Shown: one piece after another, positions 1 through 12,300 of the stretch
Layout: every line of letters begins with the position of its first letter
Numbering within the stretch: position 1 is the stretch's first letter
IMG/VR virus record: IMGVR_UViG_3300023175_000005
Span: 62,001-126,000 of that record
Reading direction: 5' to 3' (one strand)
Length of the DNA: 64,000 bases
Made by a program: the position numbers and the translations under genes
Notes under the pieces: generated by a model
Databases searched by the model: none
What the model saw: the letters and a program-made list of their open reading frames with translations, nothing else
Told to the model about the DNA's origin: nothing

Positions 1-2110
1 CAAATTCATCATCTCTGTCATCAAAGAACAGATCAAACTTAAAGTTAGGATTAATTTCAACATTTCTGCTTTTAATCCAAAACATTTCTGTTGTAGACTT
101 ACTAAGTGCCTCTAAGTATTCATCATAATTATCTACTTCAAAAATATTGTAAAGAACAGGTCCAGTTACTATTTGTTCATACTCTTTTCTTTCAACAATA
201 TGTTTGTAATCAATTTCTTTTTTAGTTACAGGCTTATGCTTTGAAAACAAATATAGTCCGTCATAAGTTAGTTTATCGTTGACTTTGTGTAAAAACGCAT
301 GATTCATTTTTCTATCAAACGTATTGTCATGTTTAAAATATAAATCAAAAATTGATTCATCGATAATTGTTAAATTTTGTAACTTACCCCAAAACATCTC
401 TGTTTTAGATTTTTGCATTGCATCTAAATAATCATCATAAGATCCGATATCAAATACGTCATATCTAGTTTTTGTACTTGCAATTTCATTCCATTCTTTG
501 CGTTTTACTGGATGTCTAAATTCTATTTCTTTTTTAGAAATCTTTGAGTGTTTACTACATAAAAATACACCACTATAAAGTTTTTCACCGTCAACATCGT
601 GTAAAAACGCATGATTAATTTTTCTATCAAAAGCATTGTCGTGTGTGAAATACTTGTCAAATTTGAAGTTTTTCTTTATCTTTACATTTCTACTTAATGC
701 CCAAAACATTTCTGTCTTGCTTTGTTCTAATGCATTTAGATATTCACCGTAAGTGTCAATATAAAATTTTTCATATTCTACTTGTGTTGAGCCAATGACT
801 TTCCATTCTTTTCTTTCAATAATGTGTCTGTGTTCGATTTCTTTTTTGTTAAGAGGTTTTTTCGTTGAACAAAGGAATAAGCCGTTGTATAATTGCCTTC
901 CATCAGCATCATGTATAAAGGCATGGTTTGTCTGTCTATCATACTCGTTTTCAAAGTCAAAATATATCTCCGGTATATTGCTACTAATGTTTCTACTATC
1001 CATCCAAAACATTTCTGTTTTAGAATTATTCAATGCATATTCGTATTCTTCATATGAATCAATATAGAATCTATCATAAATTACTGGACCAGTTGCTACA
1101 ATATCATGCTCAATACGTTCTACAGGAAATCTGTAAGTAACTTCCTTTTCTGAAAGTATTTTGTTTTTAGAACACAAAAATAATCCGTTGTACTTGTTAT
1201 TGCTATGCAAAAATGCATGTGTTTTGTTTTTAAGATCTTTTTCATGATGTGGAATATAAAAGTCAAGATCGATGTTAACTTTTATATTTTTACTGCTCAT
1301 CCAAAACATTTCTGTTGTAGATGATTCAAGTGCAGTTTTATATTCATTATAATTATCAATTTCAAAAAAGTCATACTGCTTTGGTGTACTTGCAATCATA
1401 CGTACTTCTTTTTTGTTAACTAAAAATCTATAGTCAATCTCTCTATCTGAGGGATTATAAAATTTGTTACACAAAAATATGCCATCAAATTGATTTCTTT
1501 TTCCATTTCCGAACACATGATTATATTTGTAACTCCATTCGTCTGGTTCAAAAGAAAAGTCAAAGTTTTCTGATACATTAACATCATTTGGTATTAACCA
1601 AAACATATCAGTTGAGGTTAGTTCTTGTGCTTGACTATAAGTGTCAACAATTTGTATATTATATTTTTCTTTTAATTTTTTGTATTCGCTATCTTTACGG
1701 CTACCTAAGAAAAATATATCAAATTTTTCTTTGCCATAATATGGATCATATACGCCACAAATATTGCTGTGTGTATATTTCTTTTTTGCATCAAACTTTG
1801 TTGGAACTAGTTGTACTTTATTCCAACTTTTAGGATGTCTACTTTTTTTTCTTACGTAAGGAAATAAGTGAATACCGTTACTTTGTTCAGCACTTGGTCT
1901 AAAATGCCAAGGAAATGTATCTAATACTTTAATTGACTTATCAACAAGCCAAACATAATCAGCAACTTCTGCATAATCTTTTACTTGTTCATAATCTTCT
2001 ACATCGTCTGTATGTAGTATTGGATAACATTGAAAAATGTGGTTTTTTAGGACGTCTTGTCCGTTATAGATGTTTTTACTAAATCTTTCAAATCTACTAA
2101 CTGAATTCAT
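1..2110 (-). CDS. Tandem ~100-aa repeat protein, possibly degenerate glycosyltransferase-like domains; truncated at the window edge and absent from the ORF track
   Basis: ATG at 2110 with an AAGGA RBS; reads MNSVSRFERFSKNIYNGQD... and is in the same frame at position 2. The MFW motif (ccaaaacat on +) recurs at 77, 389, 701, 1004, 1301 and 1598. Confidence 0.8.
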   Translation of the reverse strand, partial: MNSVSRFERFSKNIYNGQDVLKNHIFQCYPILHTDDVEDYEQVKDYAEVADYVWLVDKSIKVLDTFPWHFRPSAEQSNGIHLFPYVRKKSRHPKSWNKVQLVPTKFDAKKKYTHSNICGVYDPYYGKEKFDIFFLGSRKDSEYKKLKEKYNIQIVDTYSQAQELTSTDMFWLIPNDVNVSENFDFSFEPDEWSYKYNHVFGNGKRNQFDGIFLCNKFYNPSDREIDYRFLVNKKEVRMIASTPKQYDFFEIDNYNEYKTALESSTTEMFWMSSKNIKVNIDLDFYIPHHEKDLKNKTHAFLHSNNKYNGLFLCSKNKILSEKEVTYRFPVERIEHDIVATGPVIYDRFYIDSYEEYEYALNNSKTEMFWMDSRNISSNIPEIYFDFENEYDRQTNHAFIHDADGRQLYNGLFLCSTKKPLNKKEIEHRHIIERKEWKVIGSTQVEYEKFYIDTYGEYLNALEQSKTEMFWALSRNVKIKKNFKFDKYFTHDNAFDRKINHAFLHDVDGEKLYSGVFLCSKHSKISKKEIEFRHPVKRKEWNEIASTKTRYDVFDIGSYDDYLDAMQKSKTEMFWGKLQNLTIIDESIFDLYFKHDNTFDRKMNHAFLHKVNDKLTYDGLYLFSKHKPVTKKEIDYKHIVERKEYEQIVTGPVLYNIFEVDNYDEYLEALSKSTTEMFWIKSRNVEINPNFKFDLFFDDRDDEF

Positions 2111-2708
2111 TTGTTTCCTTTAACATATATGCCTTAGTGCCGAAGTGTGCAACTTTTTCACTTATATCAGCATCTACATATATTTTATAACCATTATCTC
2201 TGGCTAACTTACAAAAGTGAATATCTTCACCGCTAAGGTCATGTGTGTCGTCGTTCCATGTATAGTTAAACCAAGGTGAATCTAATACACGATACACATC
2301 TCTATCAACTAACATACACCCAAGACCTACTGCAAAAACTTCATGCAAACCTTTTGACTCTGTTAGTCTACTATCTAAGTTGTATTGATCAGTAAACGCA
2401 ACACTACGTTGAGGTTTGACTCGTGTGCTGTATGTTGCAGCAACAATATCTTTTTTATGTTTAAGGAACACATCGACAACATTTGATGGTATGTGCATAT
2501 CGCTATCTAACCAAAGTATGTGGGATGCCCCTTTGGCAAAGGCATCCCAAACTAGCGTGTTTCTTTGGTTGGCAATCACACTGCCAAGATTGAATAGAAC
2601 ATCAAATTCTATTCCGTCTTGTTGCAGACGTGCTGTGAGATTTGCTAAACATAAAGCAAATCCTGTGTGAACTGTATCCCGTGCTGGAATACAAATCGCG
2701 ATTCTCAT
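2097..2708 (-). CDS. Glycosyltransferase family 2-like (GT-A fold) protein
   Basis: N-terminal IAICIPA strand, QRN motif, DxD in HILWLDSDM, GLGCMLV, and GEDIHFC catalytic-base motif. Confidence 0.75.
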   Translation of the reverse strand: MRIAICIPARDTVHTGFALCLANLTARLQQDGIEFDVLFNLGSVIANQRNTLVWDAFAKGASHILWLDSDMHIPSNVVDVFLKHKKDIVAATYSTRVKPQRSVAFTDQYNLDSRLTESKGLHEVFAVGLGCMLVDRDVYRVLDSPWFNYTWNDDTHDLSGEDIHFCKLARDNGYKIYVDADISEKVAHFGTKAYMLKETNEFS

Positions 2709-2709
2709 C

Positions 2710-3108
2710 TTAAACTAGAGAATCATCAACTGTGTCTGTGTTTAATTCTTGCTCTGCAGCCACAGTATCATTATTCCACTGTCTTGCAGTACCAGTTGCT
2801 ACTTTTACTGCTTCGCGGAAATCTTCGGATGGAAGGTTGCCCATTTCAAGCATTGTTTCAGGCTGAACCTTACCAAGTGTTAGTAGATCAGCAGCGGCCT
2901 TTTTACCGATAGCACGAATCCAATGTTCTCTATCATCATCTGCTGCTCGCGCCATTACTACAGTTTCTTTTTCACCGTCAAGAATAGCGTCTTTGATTTC
3001 TGTTAGAATACTTTCATCTACTTCAAGAGATGAAAGTTTAGTTAGTTTACGGGCCTTGCTGTATTCATTTGCAAGTTCGATATTTTCAATTTGATAACGT
3101 GTTAGCAT
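2710..3108 (-). CDS. Hypothetical helical protein (132 aa)
   Basis: ORF with an AAGGAG RBS, tightly packed upstream of the GT2 gene. Confidence 0.75.
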   Translation of the reverse strand: MLTRYQIENIELANEYSKARKLTKLSSLEVDESILTEIKDAILDGEKETVVMARAADDDREHWIRAIGKKAAADLLTLGKVQPETMLEMGNLPSEDFREAVKVATGTARQWNNDTVAAEQELNTDTVDDSLV

Positions 3109-3132
3109 ACGTCTGCTCCTTTACTTTGCTAG

Positions 3133-3306
3133 TTATACTCCTGGAGTTCCTAAACCGCCAAATGTTGAACTCATAGGAATTGTTGTACCACTTGAGATAC
3201 CCAAGTAGCTACCCAAAAAACTCATTGTAATTGGGGTTGTTGAAGAGCCAAAATAGTTTCTAATTTGACTCATAGTAATTTGTGATCCTGTTGGAGGTAA
3301 TGCCAT
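3133..3306 (-). CDS. 57-aa Ser/Thr/Gly-rich protein resembling the small proteins that follow chaperone-bearing tail fibres
   Basis: Translated by hand: MALPPTGSQITMSQIRNYFGSSTTPITMSFLGSYLGISSGTTIPMSSTFGGLGTPGV*. AGGA RBS; below the 60-aa track cutoff. Confidence 0.7.
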   Translation of the reverse strand: MALPPTGSQITMSQIRNYFGSSTTPITMSFLGSYLGISSGTTIPMSSTFGGLGTPGV

Positions 3307-3336
3307 AAGTGATCCTATCTACAGTTAATATAATAT

Positions 3337-3365
3337 ATACTAACTGCAAATAGAATCTTTGTCAA
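3337..3365 (-). promoter_or_regulatory. Sigma70-type promoter for the small-ORF/glycosyltransferase cluster
   Basis: TTGACA-N17-TAGTAT on the minus strand. Confidence 0.6.
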
Positions 3366-3374
3366 GAACTTTTT

Positions 3375-6300
3375 TTAATTTTTTTCAATTAATTTTTGCA
3401 CCATTGCTTTAAGTTCAGCAATCTCAGCAGCCTGCGCTTCAATTTTGTCATCTGCTTCTTTTACTGCTTCGATTAGCAACGGAACCATACGCTCATACTT
3501 AACTGTTAGATAGTCTTCGCCTGACTTACTGTTACCATCTTCGTCTAAGTCGAACGGTGCAGCAACAACTGCTTCTGGTAGTACCTTTTGTACTTCTTGA
3601 GCACTAACACCTACTTGTGTATTGTCATTGTTGTATCCGTACTTCTTAGCAGTTTCGTTTTCAACATATAGATAACCATTAAGTGCTTTTACTTTATCAA
3701 GGGCGCCTTCTAGTTTACCTGTGAATGTTTTCAAACGTTCGTCTGAGTAGTATGCTGTAACTTCGCTTGTTGCAAGCAATTGACCGTTTACATACCAACC
3801 TTCGTTTTGTGCTCTTGCTTTCCATGCACCATTATAGTAGATGTATGTGTAAGAGTTTTGTTGTCCGTATAAAGACCACTCGTTATTAGTATCGTTATAG
3901 ATACCGTAAGCGCCCGCACCATTTGACATAAACACCCAGTCATCTCTAATAGACCACCCTGCGTATGATCCGCTTGTACCGTATACACCTTCTGCTCTGA
4001 ATGTACCATAGTTCTGTCCATTAGCAGGAGCAATATAGTTAGAAGTGTTACCACCGATACCAATAACATTTTTAACCATCAAGTTACCGGCAGTAGTAAG
4101 TGACATAGCACCATCAGATGCTGCATCGCTTGTATCTCTCCACAGGAAGCCTCTATCATTATCAGCGTTCATAGTAAATGTCATTGCATAGTCGTTAAGC
4201 CAACCATAACTTTGAGCACTTATCATACCAATTGTATATGAACTCGAACTCCAAACCCTGAGCTTATCGTATGAGTTGCCACCATAACCGTCAATTAAGC
4301 CAATGTTATAGCGTGTACTAGGACTAAATCTATCTGGGAATGTACCACTTGTAATGTTACCAGCATTGATACTAGTAATACTTGCACCATTACCACTAAA
4401 CGTACCACTAATAGTACCACCGTTGGTAATATTGTTTGAGTTCATATTCAATGTTGATCTCAATGTAGGAACAGCATTTCCAGTACCTAAATACAAGGTA
4501 TTTGCACTATGATCTCTCCAAATATAGTTTGTTGTGCCGTCTGTAGTATCTTGAACAATAAAGTCTGCATCGTTAACTTTAATCGTAGTAGCACCGTTGT
4601 CTACTCCTGCACCGTTAACAAAATCACCAATGTCTTGTCCGTCAACTGTATCAGCATCTAGACCTGAACCTGCACCATCATTGCCAGCATGCCATACTTT
4701 ATTACCGTTAACATAGAAGTCACCCGGTCCATCGATAGCAACCATTAGGTTTGGTTCTGTTGTTTGGAACTTAAATGACGCACCGTATCCACTACCAACT
4801 GAAGCACCGTCTGAATGTTCAAAGTTTAGTCTACCATACTGTGTATTTGATGCGTGGTCAGTAAAGTCGATTCTTGCGCCGCCTGCGTTAGTTGTGTTTC
4901 TAATAACAAGTCTTTGTGCGCCAGAGCCTACCAAACTAATAACGCCACTTGCTGTATCATTTGCATCTGAACGTAAGAACTGTGTACTATCAATACCGTC
5001 TAGCGTATCTGCACTAACATTTGTAAGCCCACTACCGTTACCAGTAAATGTACTTGTACCAATGTTAATGTTACCAAAGCCGCTTGTGATTTGACCTGCA
5101 TTTAGAGCACCTGTACCTGTGATACTTGTATAACTACCACTAATTCTTGCGTTAGGTACTGTACCGCTTGACAAGTTACTTGCATTTAGTGATGTTAATC
5201 CGCTACCATTACCTGTAATTGTTCCACCAACATGTAGGTTTTTAGCAATACCAACACCACCACTTACTTTTACAGCACCAGTTGTTGTGCTACTTGCTTG
5301 AGTTGTGTTTGAGAACGTCTTAATACCACTCATTGACTGGTTGCCACCTAGTCTTGCTCCAGCAACAGTACCACTTGACAAGTTACTTGCATTTAGTGTT
5401 GTCAATCCACTACCGTTACCAGTAAATGTACTTGTACCAATATTAATGTTACCAAACCCGGAACTAATTGCACCTGCGTTTAGCGTACCTACAGCATCAA
5501 TGTCAGTTTCGTGTTGTGTTACACTTGAACTTGAAATTCTACCATCTGGTACAGTTCCGCTTGTAAGTTGGCTTGCATTAAGTGCAGTAAGTGAAGAACC
5601 AACACCTGCAAAGCCTGTAGTACCACTGAATGATAGTGTTGTAGTGTTAACAGTTAGTCCTACACCTGGTATTCTTACATTTGCATGTGAAGCATTACCT
5701 AATGTAATTTCATTGTTTGTTGTGTTTGCTGTTGGTGCAGCATCTTTACCAATAACAATGTTATTACTACCTGTTGTAATTGTTGCACCTGCGCCGTAGC
5801 CAATAATTACGTTATTACTTGCATTTGCAATTTCTAGTGCTTTATATCCAATAGCAACGTTTGCATTAGCAGTAATTGAGTTTTGCATACTTTCAGCACC
5901 GATTGCTGTATTACCGCCTGTTGCTGCATCAATTTGTGAAAGGGTATATGCACCCATTGCTGTGTTATTTGCTGAAGCAGTAGCTAATGCAAGAGCATCT
6001 TTACCAACACCTGTGTTTTGATTACCTGTTAATACAGCACCAAATACACCATCTCCGACTCCAACTGAGTCAATACCAGTTGTTACAGCAGCACCGCCTC
6101 CTGCAAAGAAGTTGGTAGCACTACTGCCGCCACCTTCGCCAATTAAGTGTCCGTTTACTGTGATATCACTTGTAAATGTTTTGCCTGATTGTGAAGTAGG
6201 AAGCACTGCATCTGGGATAGTACCACTTAGTAACTGAGACGCATTTAAGTTTGTTAGTCCGCTACCATCACCGTATATAATACCACCAACTCTAAGTTTT

Positions 6301-9300
6301 TTAGCAATACCAACACCGCCTGCTACAACTAAAGCACCGTCTGTTGCTAGTGTAGATTCAGTTGTGTCGCTGACTGTTACAATTGTACTCGTTGCAAAAT
6401 TAATGCCTGTACCTGCATCTTTTTGAATTGTATCTAAACTAATTGTACCAACATTTGTGATGTTATTGTCATTAAAACTAGTAGCCCCTAGGCTTACTGT
6501 TCCTGTTGCTGTTAGATTTGATGATCCAATGTTAATATTACCAAAGCCTGAACTTATTGCACCAGTATTAAGTGTTCCTACAACAGTTAAACTTGAGTTT
6601 ACAATATTTGCACCTAGTGTTGTAGAATTTAGAACACTTACGTCATTGATATAATATGCTTTACCGCTTACAAGATTAATGTCTTCGCTTGAATCCCAAC
6701 TAGTGTTTGTAGCATCATAAGTCCATGTTGCATTTGCAGCGTCTACAGTAAGTCCTGCGCCGTCTGCTGCGGCAGCATTCGCTGCGCCCTTTGCTACTGT
6801 AATGTTTAAATCTTCAACATCTAGTGTAGTTGTGTTGAGTGTAACAGTTGTTCCGTTTACAGTTAAATTACCGTCAATAGTAGTGTCACCTGTTGTAAAG
6901 TCAATTGTAAATTTGTTTAAACCGTCACCAAACAGTAAGTTACCAGTTGATGCAACTTGCATACGCTGTGTACCAGCAGTGTAAAAATCTAGTTCATCGT
7001 TATCTGCACCAGCACTACTTTCTGCTTCAATTTTAGTATCTTGGTCTACATCTTTCACACCACCTAGTGATCCCCAGTTACTTCCATCGTAACCTTCAAA
7101 TGTACTATCGCTAGTATTATAACGAATTTGACCTTGTGCTGCTGCTGTACTTACACCAGTTTCGCCCGGACGTTGAGCACTTGTACCTACTGGAATTTTT
7201 AAACCAGTACTTGTTGTAAATACTGCATAACCTGTATAAGTTAAGACGCCACTTGTGTCAATACGTAATCTTTCTGTAGGACTTTGAATAAAATCGCTTG
7301 TTGTTGTAACTGTACCAGTTTCTACAACAAAGTCACCACCTGTACCTGCGCCAGTACCAAGGCCGCCTATAATTTTAATTTCGCCGCCGCCGATATCTGT
7401 ACCAATACCTGCTGCGCCGTGTATCTCAACATCTGCTGGTGTTGCACTTGCTTCTGCATCACCAAAAATTACTTTTTGATGTTTAACAATTAGTTTATTA
7501 TTAATTTCTGCACTACCTGCAACGCCGCCTGAACTACTTACTGTAACATTTAATTCTGTTTGCACAGTAAACGAAGTTGCATTAATTGTTGCCCCTAATA
7601 CTGGCCATGTACCATCTAGTGAAGCAACACCGCTGCTTGCAATAGTTACAAAATCACCTGCTCTAATACCTAACACTTCTGGTGTGTAAGTAAATGTTAA
7701 TGAAGTTGTTGTAGGAATAGTACCTACTGTAGGTTTGTCAATATATACAACATCATCTGCAACACCTGATACTACTGTGTTTGCTTGTATACTTGCACTT
7801 CCTGTAACAACCATACCAACTTCAATTGTTGCTGTGCTAGAAAGCGGAATAAAGTCGTCTGTGTTGTTTACGTTTTCATTTGTTGTTCTAGAAAATCCGT
7901 TTAAGTTGACAGCAACAACTTGACTTGTTGCAGCATCATATCCGTCAATAAATGAAGTGATTGCTCTAGTTGTTGTGCTTGCACCAATTCTAGTTACATC
8001 TGCTTCGCCGCTTATTTCAACAGTTGTAAGATTTTCGTTGTAAACCTTACCAGTAGCAGTACTCTTAGAACCTGTATCTGCTGCACCGATATCTAAACTA
8101 TCTATGATATCAACCGCATCACCCCACACAGGATAACCACCATCTACTACAAGTATATTTCCTTCTCTACCAATATTAAGAGAATTAAGTGTACCTGATG
8201 TTTGTGCATAAATTAAATCACCATCAGCATATGTACTTAGGTTAGTACCGCCTCTGTTAACAGGTACATTACTTGTTAGGTTAGCAGGATTGAGGAAATA
8301 ACTGCTATCTAAACCGTCTAATGTACCTGCATCAACAACACCATCTTTGATAAACACTTGGCCTGACCCAGCAGCGTCAACATCAAATTGTGCTTGGAAG
8401 AATCTACTTGTACCTAGTGTAGAATATGTTCCACCTGGGTCATAATCAGCATTTGAAATACCAATATCTACTGCACCATAATAATCGCCACTGGTATTAG
8501 GACCAGTAAGTGTAATTGGATTATCAGTTGTGCTGGCTTTTGTAAGGGTTTGAACTGCAACAGCATAAGCACTGTCACCTCTTAAGAATGTGTCACTACT
8601 TGCAATACCGCTTGCACCTAATCTGCTTGGTGATATAGTACCTGAAATAATGTTACTTGCATCAATGTTTGTAACAGCAAGAGTGTTCCAGTTTGCTTTC
8701 AATCTACTTGATGTATTGATTACTACATTAACTTGCACATTGTTTGGAATAACCTCCGCATCGCCTGTACCAGTTGCAGTAATATCTGAAGCATTTGTTA
8801 CAAGTCCGTTAATACTGCTTAAAGCATCTGATCGTAGTGTATGTAGTGTAACACTGTTAGTTGTAACAGAACCAATAAAGAATCTTGCACCTGATACAAC
8901 TTGAACACCGTTTATAGAAAATAGTCCAGTTCCAGAACTTCCATCATCTTCTTCTTCTATTCTAATAGCGTCACCAGTTGTTAAACCGTGGTTCGGAACA
9001 ATAATACTGTTATCATAAATGTTAACGTTAAATCTTGTCCATTGATGAGCATTATTAGCAGGAGTTGTTAAAAATTCAATTTGATTTAACAAACTAAAAT
9101 CTTCGTATACTTCGATAGTGTCTGCGTCAATACGCTTTGCATAGTACACACTACCATTTAGTAGTCCGCCGATTGCAACATTACCTAATGTATTATATCT
9201 AATAGGATCACCGTCTGTGTACCCATGGGCTGTCATTGTAATTCTATCGAGTGTATAGTCAACATTACCACCGCCTCCTGTGGTACCTGCTAAAAACTGA

Positions 9301-12300
9301 TTTACAATGCTATCATCTAGTGTGATATTAATTTTAGAACTTACTGCATCATTGTCTTCAATAAAGTCAATTGACGATGCACTTGCTACGTAAAGTTCAC
9401 CGCCTAAAATGTTTACATAAGCTCTATCCTCAATAGCAGCAATTTCAATTTCAAAACCACTACCTGTGCCGCCTACATCGCTTGCATTTAATTCAAGTAA
9501 ATCACCTACTGCGTAGCCTGTGCCACCTCTACGTAAATCAACATCGCTGATTTGTCCTGCTGTAACAGTAACATCTGCTTTTGCTCCTGTACCTACTCCA
9601 GTCTTTGCTTGCAAGTCTACCATTTCGTAAACAAGAGTACCTAGTGTAGGTGTATAACCACTACCGCCAGTGATATTAGCGTTATCTACGTTTGTACATA
9701 TACCATAACGTGTTTCTGTAACTGCACCTTGTGCGTTACCGTCCGCAGAAGTAACAATGGTCCTTACTGTACCTGTTGCTGATTTACTGCCTTCATTAGA
9801 TCCTGTATTTGCAATTGTAAAGGTTGTCGAACTTGGTACACTTGTAACTAGGCCATTTACGTTGTAAAGTGTATCATCACACTCAACTTCAACGTTATTA
9901 CCAATTGATAGATTATGGTTGCCGCTTGTTGTAATTGTAGCAACATTACTTGTTCTTTCAACATCTGTAATTGTTTCAACTGTAAAGTTGAAAGGCGCAC
10001 CACTTGAATCTAATACTAGATACTGACTAGAGTTAGAACTTTTTAAGAAGAAGTTATCGGTAATTTCTGATACTGCACCAAGTGTTAATGGTGCTTGTCC
10101 AGAGTCAACACCCGCAATAAAGATATTGTTTGTAGTATCAAAGTCAGTACCTGTTGAGTCTTCACCTGGCTTGAATTGATTATCTAAGCTAGCAACTAGT
10201 AGGTTAGTTGATGAAGCATAATCACCTTTTGCATATCCAACGGCTCCTGTTGTCGGTTGTGTAATTAAATCACCGTCAGTTGCTGAAATTGGTGATGAAA
10301 ACGTTAATTCAATCTGATCATATTCTTCAGTACCAATATCACCTGCTTTTAGATCAATTGCTGGAATTTCATCAACTTGTGTAAGCCTTGACAAATATCC
10401 ATCTGTGTTTGTACTTGTAAACTGTCTTGTAGCAGGAATCAAATCTGGGTTCAACTGACCGTTAGTATTCAACTGAACAATAGCACCTGGAACTGCCGCT
10501 GTTGACACAGATTTATCAATAAATCCGCCCAATCTGTTTGATAAGAAACTTCTTGTTGCTAACTGTGTAGATAGTCTTGCATCACTCGGACCGCCGATTT
10601 CATCGTCACCTAAGTTAACACTTGTTGAAATTTCTTCAATAGCAACATTAGAAAGACTTAGTCTCAAAGCATCAAGTTCGTCCACCTGAACTTTGTTTCT
10701 AAATGTAATGTTACCAGTTCTGTTGAACGCTGTAATAAAGTCACCAACTTTAAAGTCACCAAGTTCGTTTGTACCTGATGAGTAACAACGTCCTGGTAAT
10801 TCTTCAAACTGTTCAAATTCAGTTCTTGTGTTACCGCCGTTTTGTGGTAGTGCGTTATAGTCTGTACCTGACCCTGCAAATTCCCAAGTATGTGATGATG
10901 AGTTAACAATTGAAGGTCTATGTAACCAAATTGCTTTCTCAGGAAGTGCAACTAGATTTGTTAGTAGTTCGCCTGCAACTGTAGGTTCGATTGTAAATGT
11001 TGCAGTTGAATAACCATTAAATGGTTGAACTTCATTTACACCGATATTTGAAAAAGGACTAGGTGTATGATCATCATCAATAATACTTAAATTACTAAAT
11101 TGCACTCTTTGTGTAGATTCACCTACTGCAACTTCTTCAATTGAAACTACAAGTTCTCTAAGATTAGGTGTCCAACTATATACAATAGCACGGTTATTTG
11201 CTGCGCCTGTTGTAGCAGTAATTTGTCTACCTGGAACAAATGCATAACCTTCACTACCTGATGGTAAAATAAGCTTTTGATATGTTGTGTGACTTGAAAT
11301 AACTTCTTTTACAAAGAATTCTTTGATGTTTGTAAGGAATTTGTGAGTACCGCTAGATGTTGCAATAATATTAACATCAAACTCTAAACTGTCATCAAAT
11401 GTCAAACTAAATTCATTTAGGTTGATTAGTTTTACATAATAGGTTTGCTCTTCGTCAAGTCCTTGAATTGGAGGATTTCCGTTAGCACTATATACAACTT
11501 GTTCACCATTTACAAGTCCGTGTGATGTTTTTGTAAAAATATTTGTTACTTCAGAAACACCTGATCCACCATTAATTAAAACTTCATCGGGCGGATCTTT
11601 AAATTGATTTGTGATTTCACCTTCTGAACTTACGTCAAACGATGCTGGAATACTGTCTGGATCTGAAATTGCATCTTTTATCAAATCGAACAGTTCATCT
11701 ACGTATGCTCTAGGCTCACTATCAAGATCTGTAAGTACAATGCCTGTTAGTCTACTTGCTTCTTCAATTGCATCAATTGTTTGTTCTTCTTGTCCACTGA
11801 TAGTAATGTTAGAACTATCTGCGATACGTTGTGAATAGTATGCAAGTGCTGCCTGTCTAGTCAAAGCGTTAGCAGTTGCCCATGTATCTCTACTCACAGC
11901 ATCTAATATAATACTTAAATCCCTACGACACTTTGCTTCATCGTAATTAAACAAATACCATATATCGCCAGGCGTTGCTGCTGCAACACTGTTTGTGATG
12001 TAAGTTATAGTATCGTCAATAATATTTTGTGTTTCACCTTGAATAAGATCGTAAGCAATTTTATATTCAGGATCTCTAAAGCGTAAAACGAATTCTTCAA
12101 CTGGTGCAGTACGGTTTAAACCGACAATACTAATTGTTTGTAAGCCTTCACTTTGACCTGTTGCTGTAACATAAGCACGGTCAAACACAAATGCTTTAGG
12201 TGAATAACCTGATGAACGTAGTGCATACAAACCAAAGTTTGTAGCAGAGTTAGTAATTGAACAATAACCACCTGACTGTGTATAAACACCGTTGAGTAGG

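Noticed and set aside
5029-5456. Diversity-generating retroelement TR/VR pair
   Set aside because: Both copies are in-frame coding repeats, the mismatch is not adenine-specific on the coding strand, and there is no reverse transcriptase in the window.
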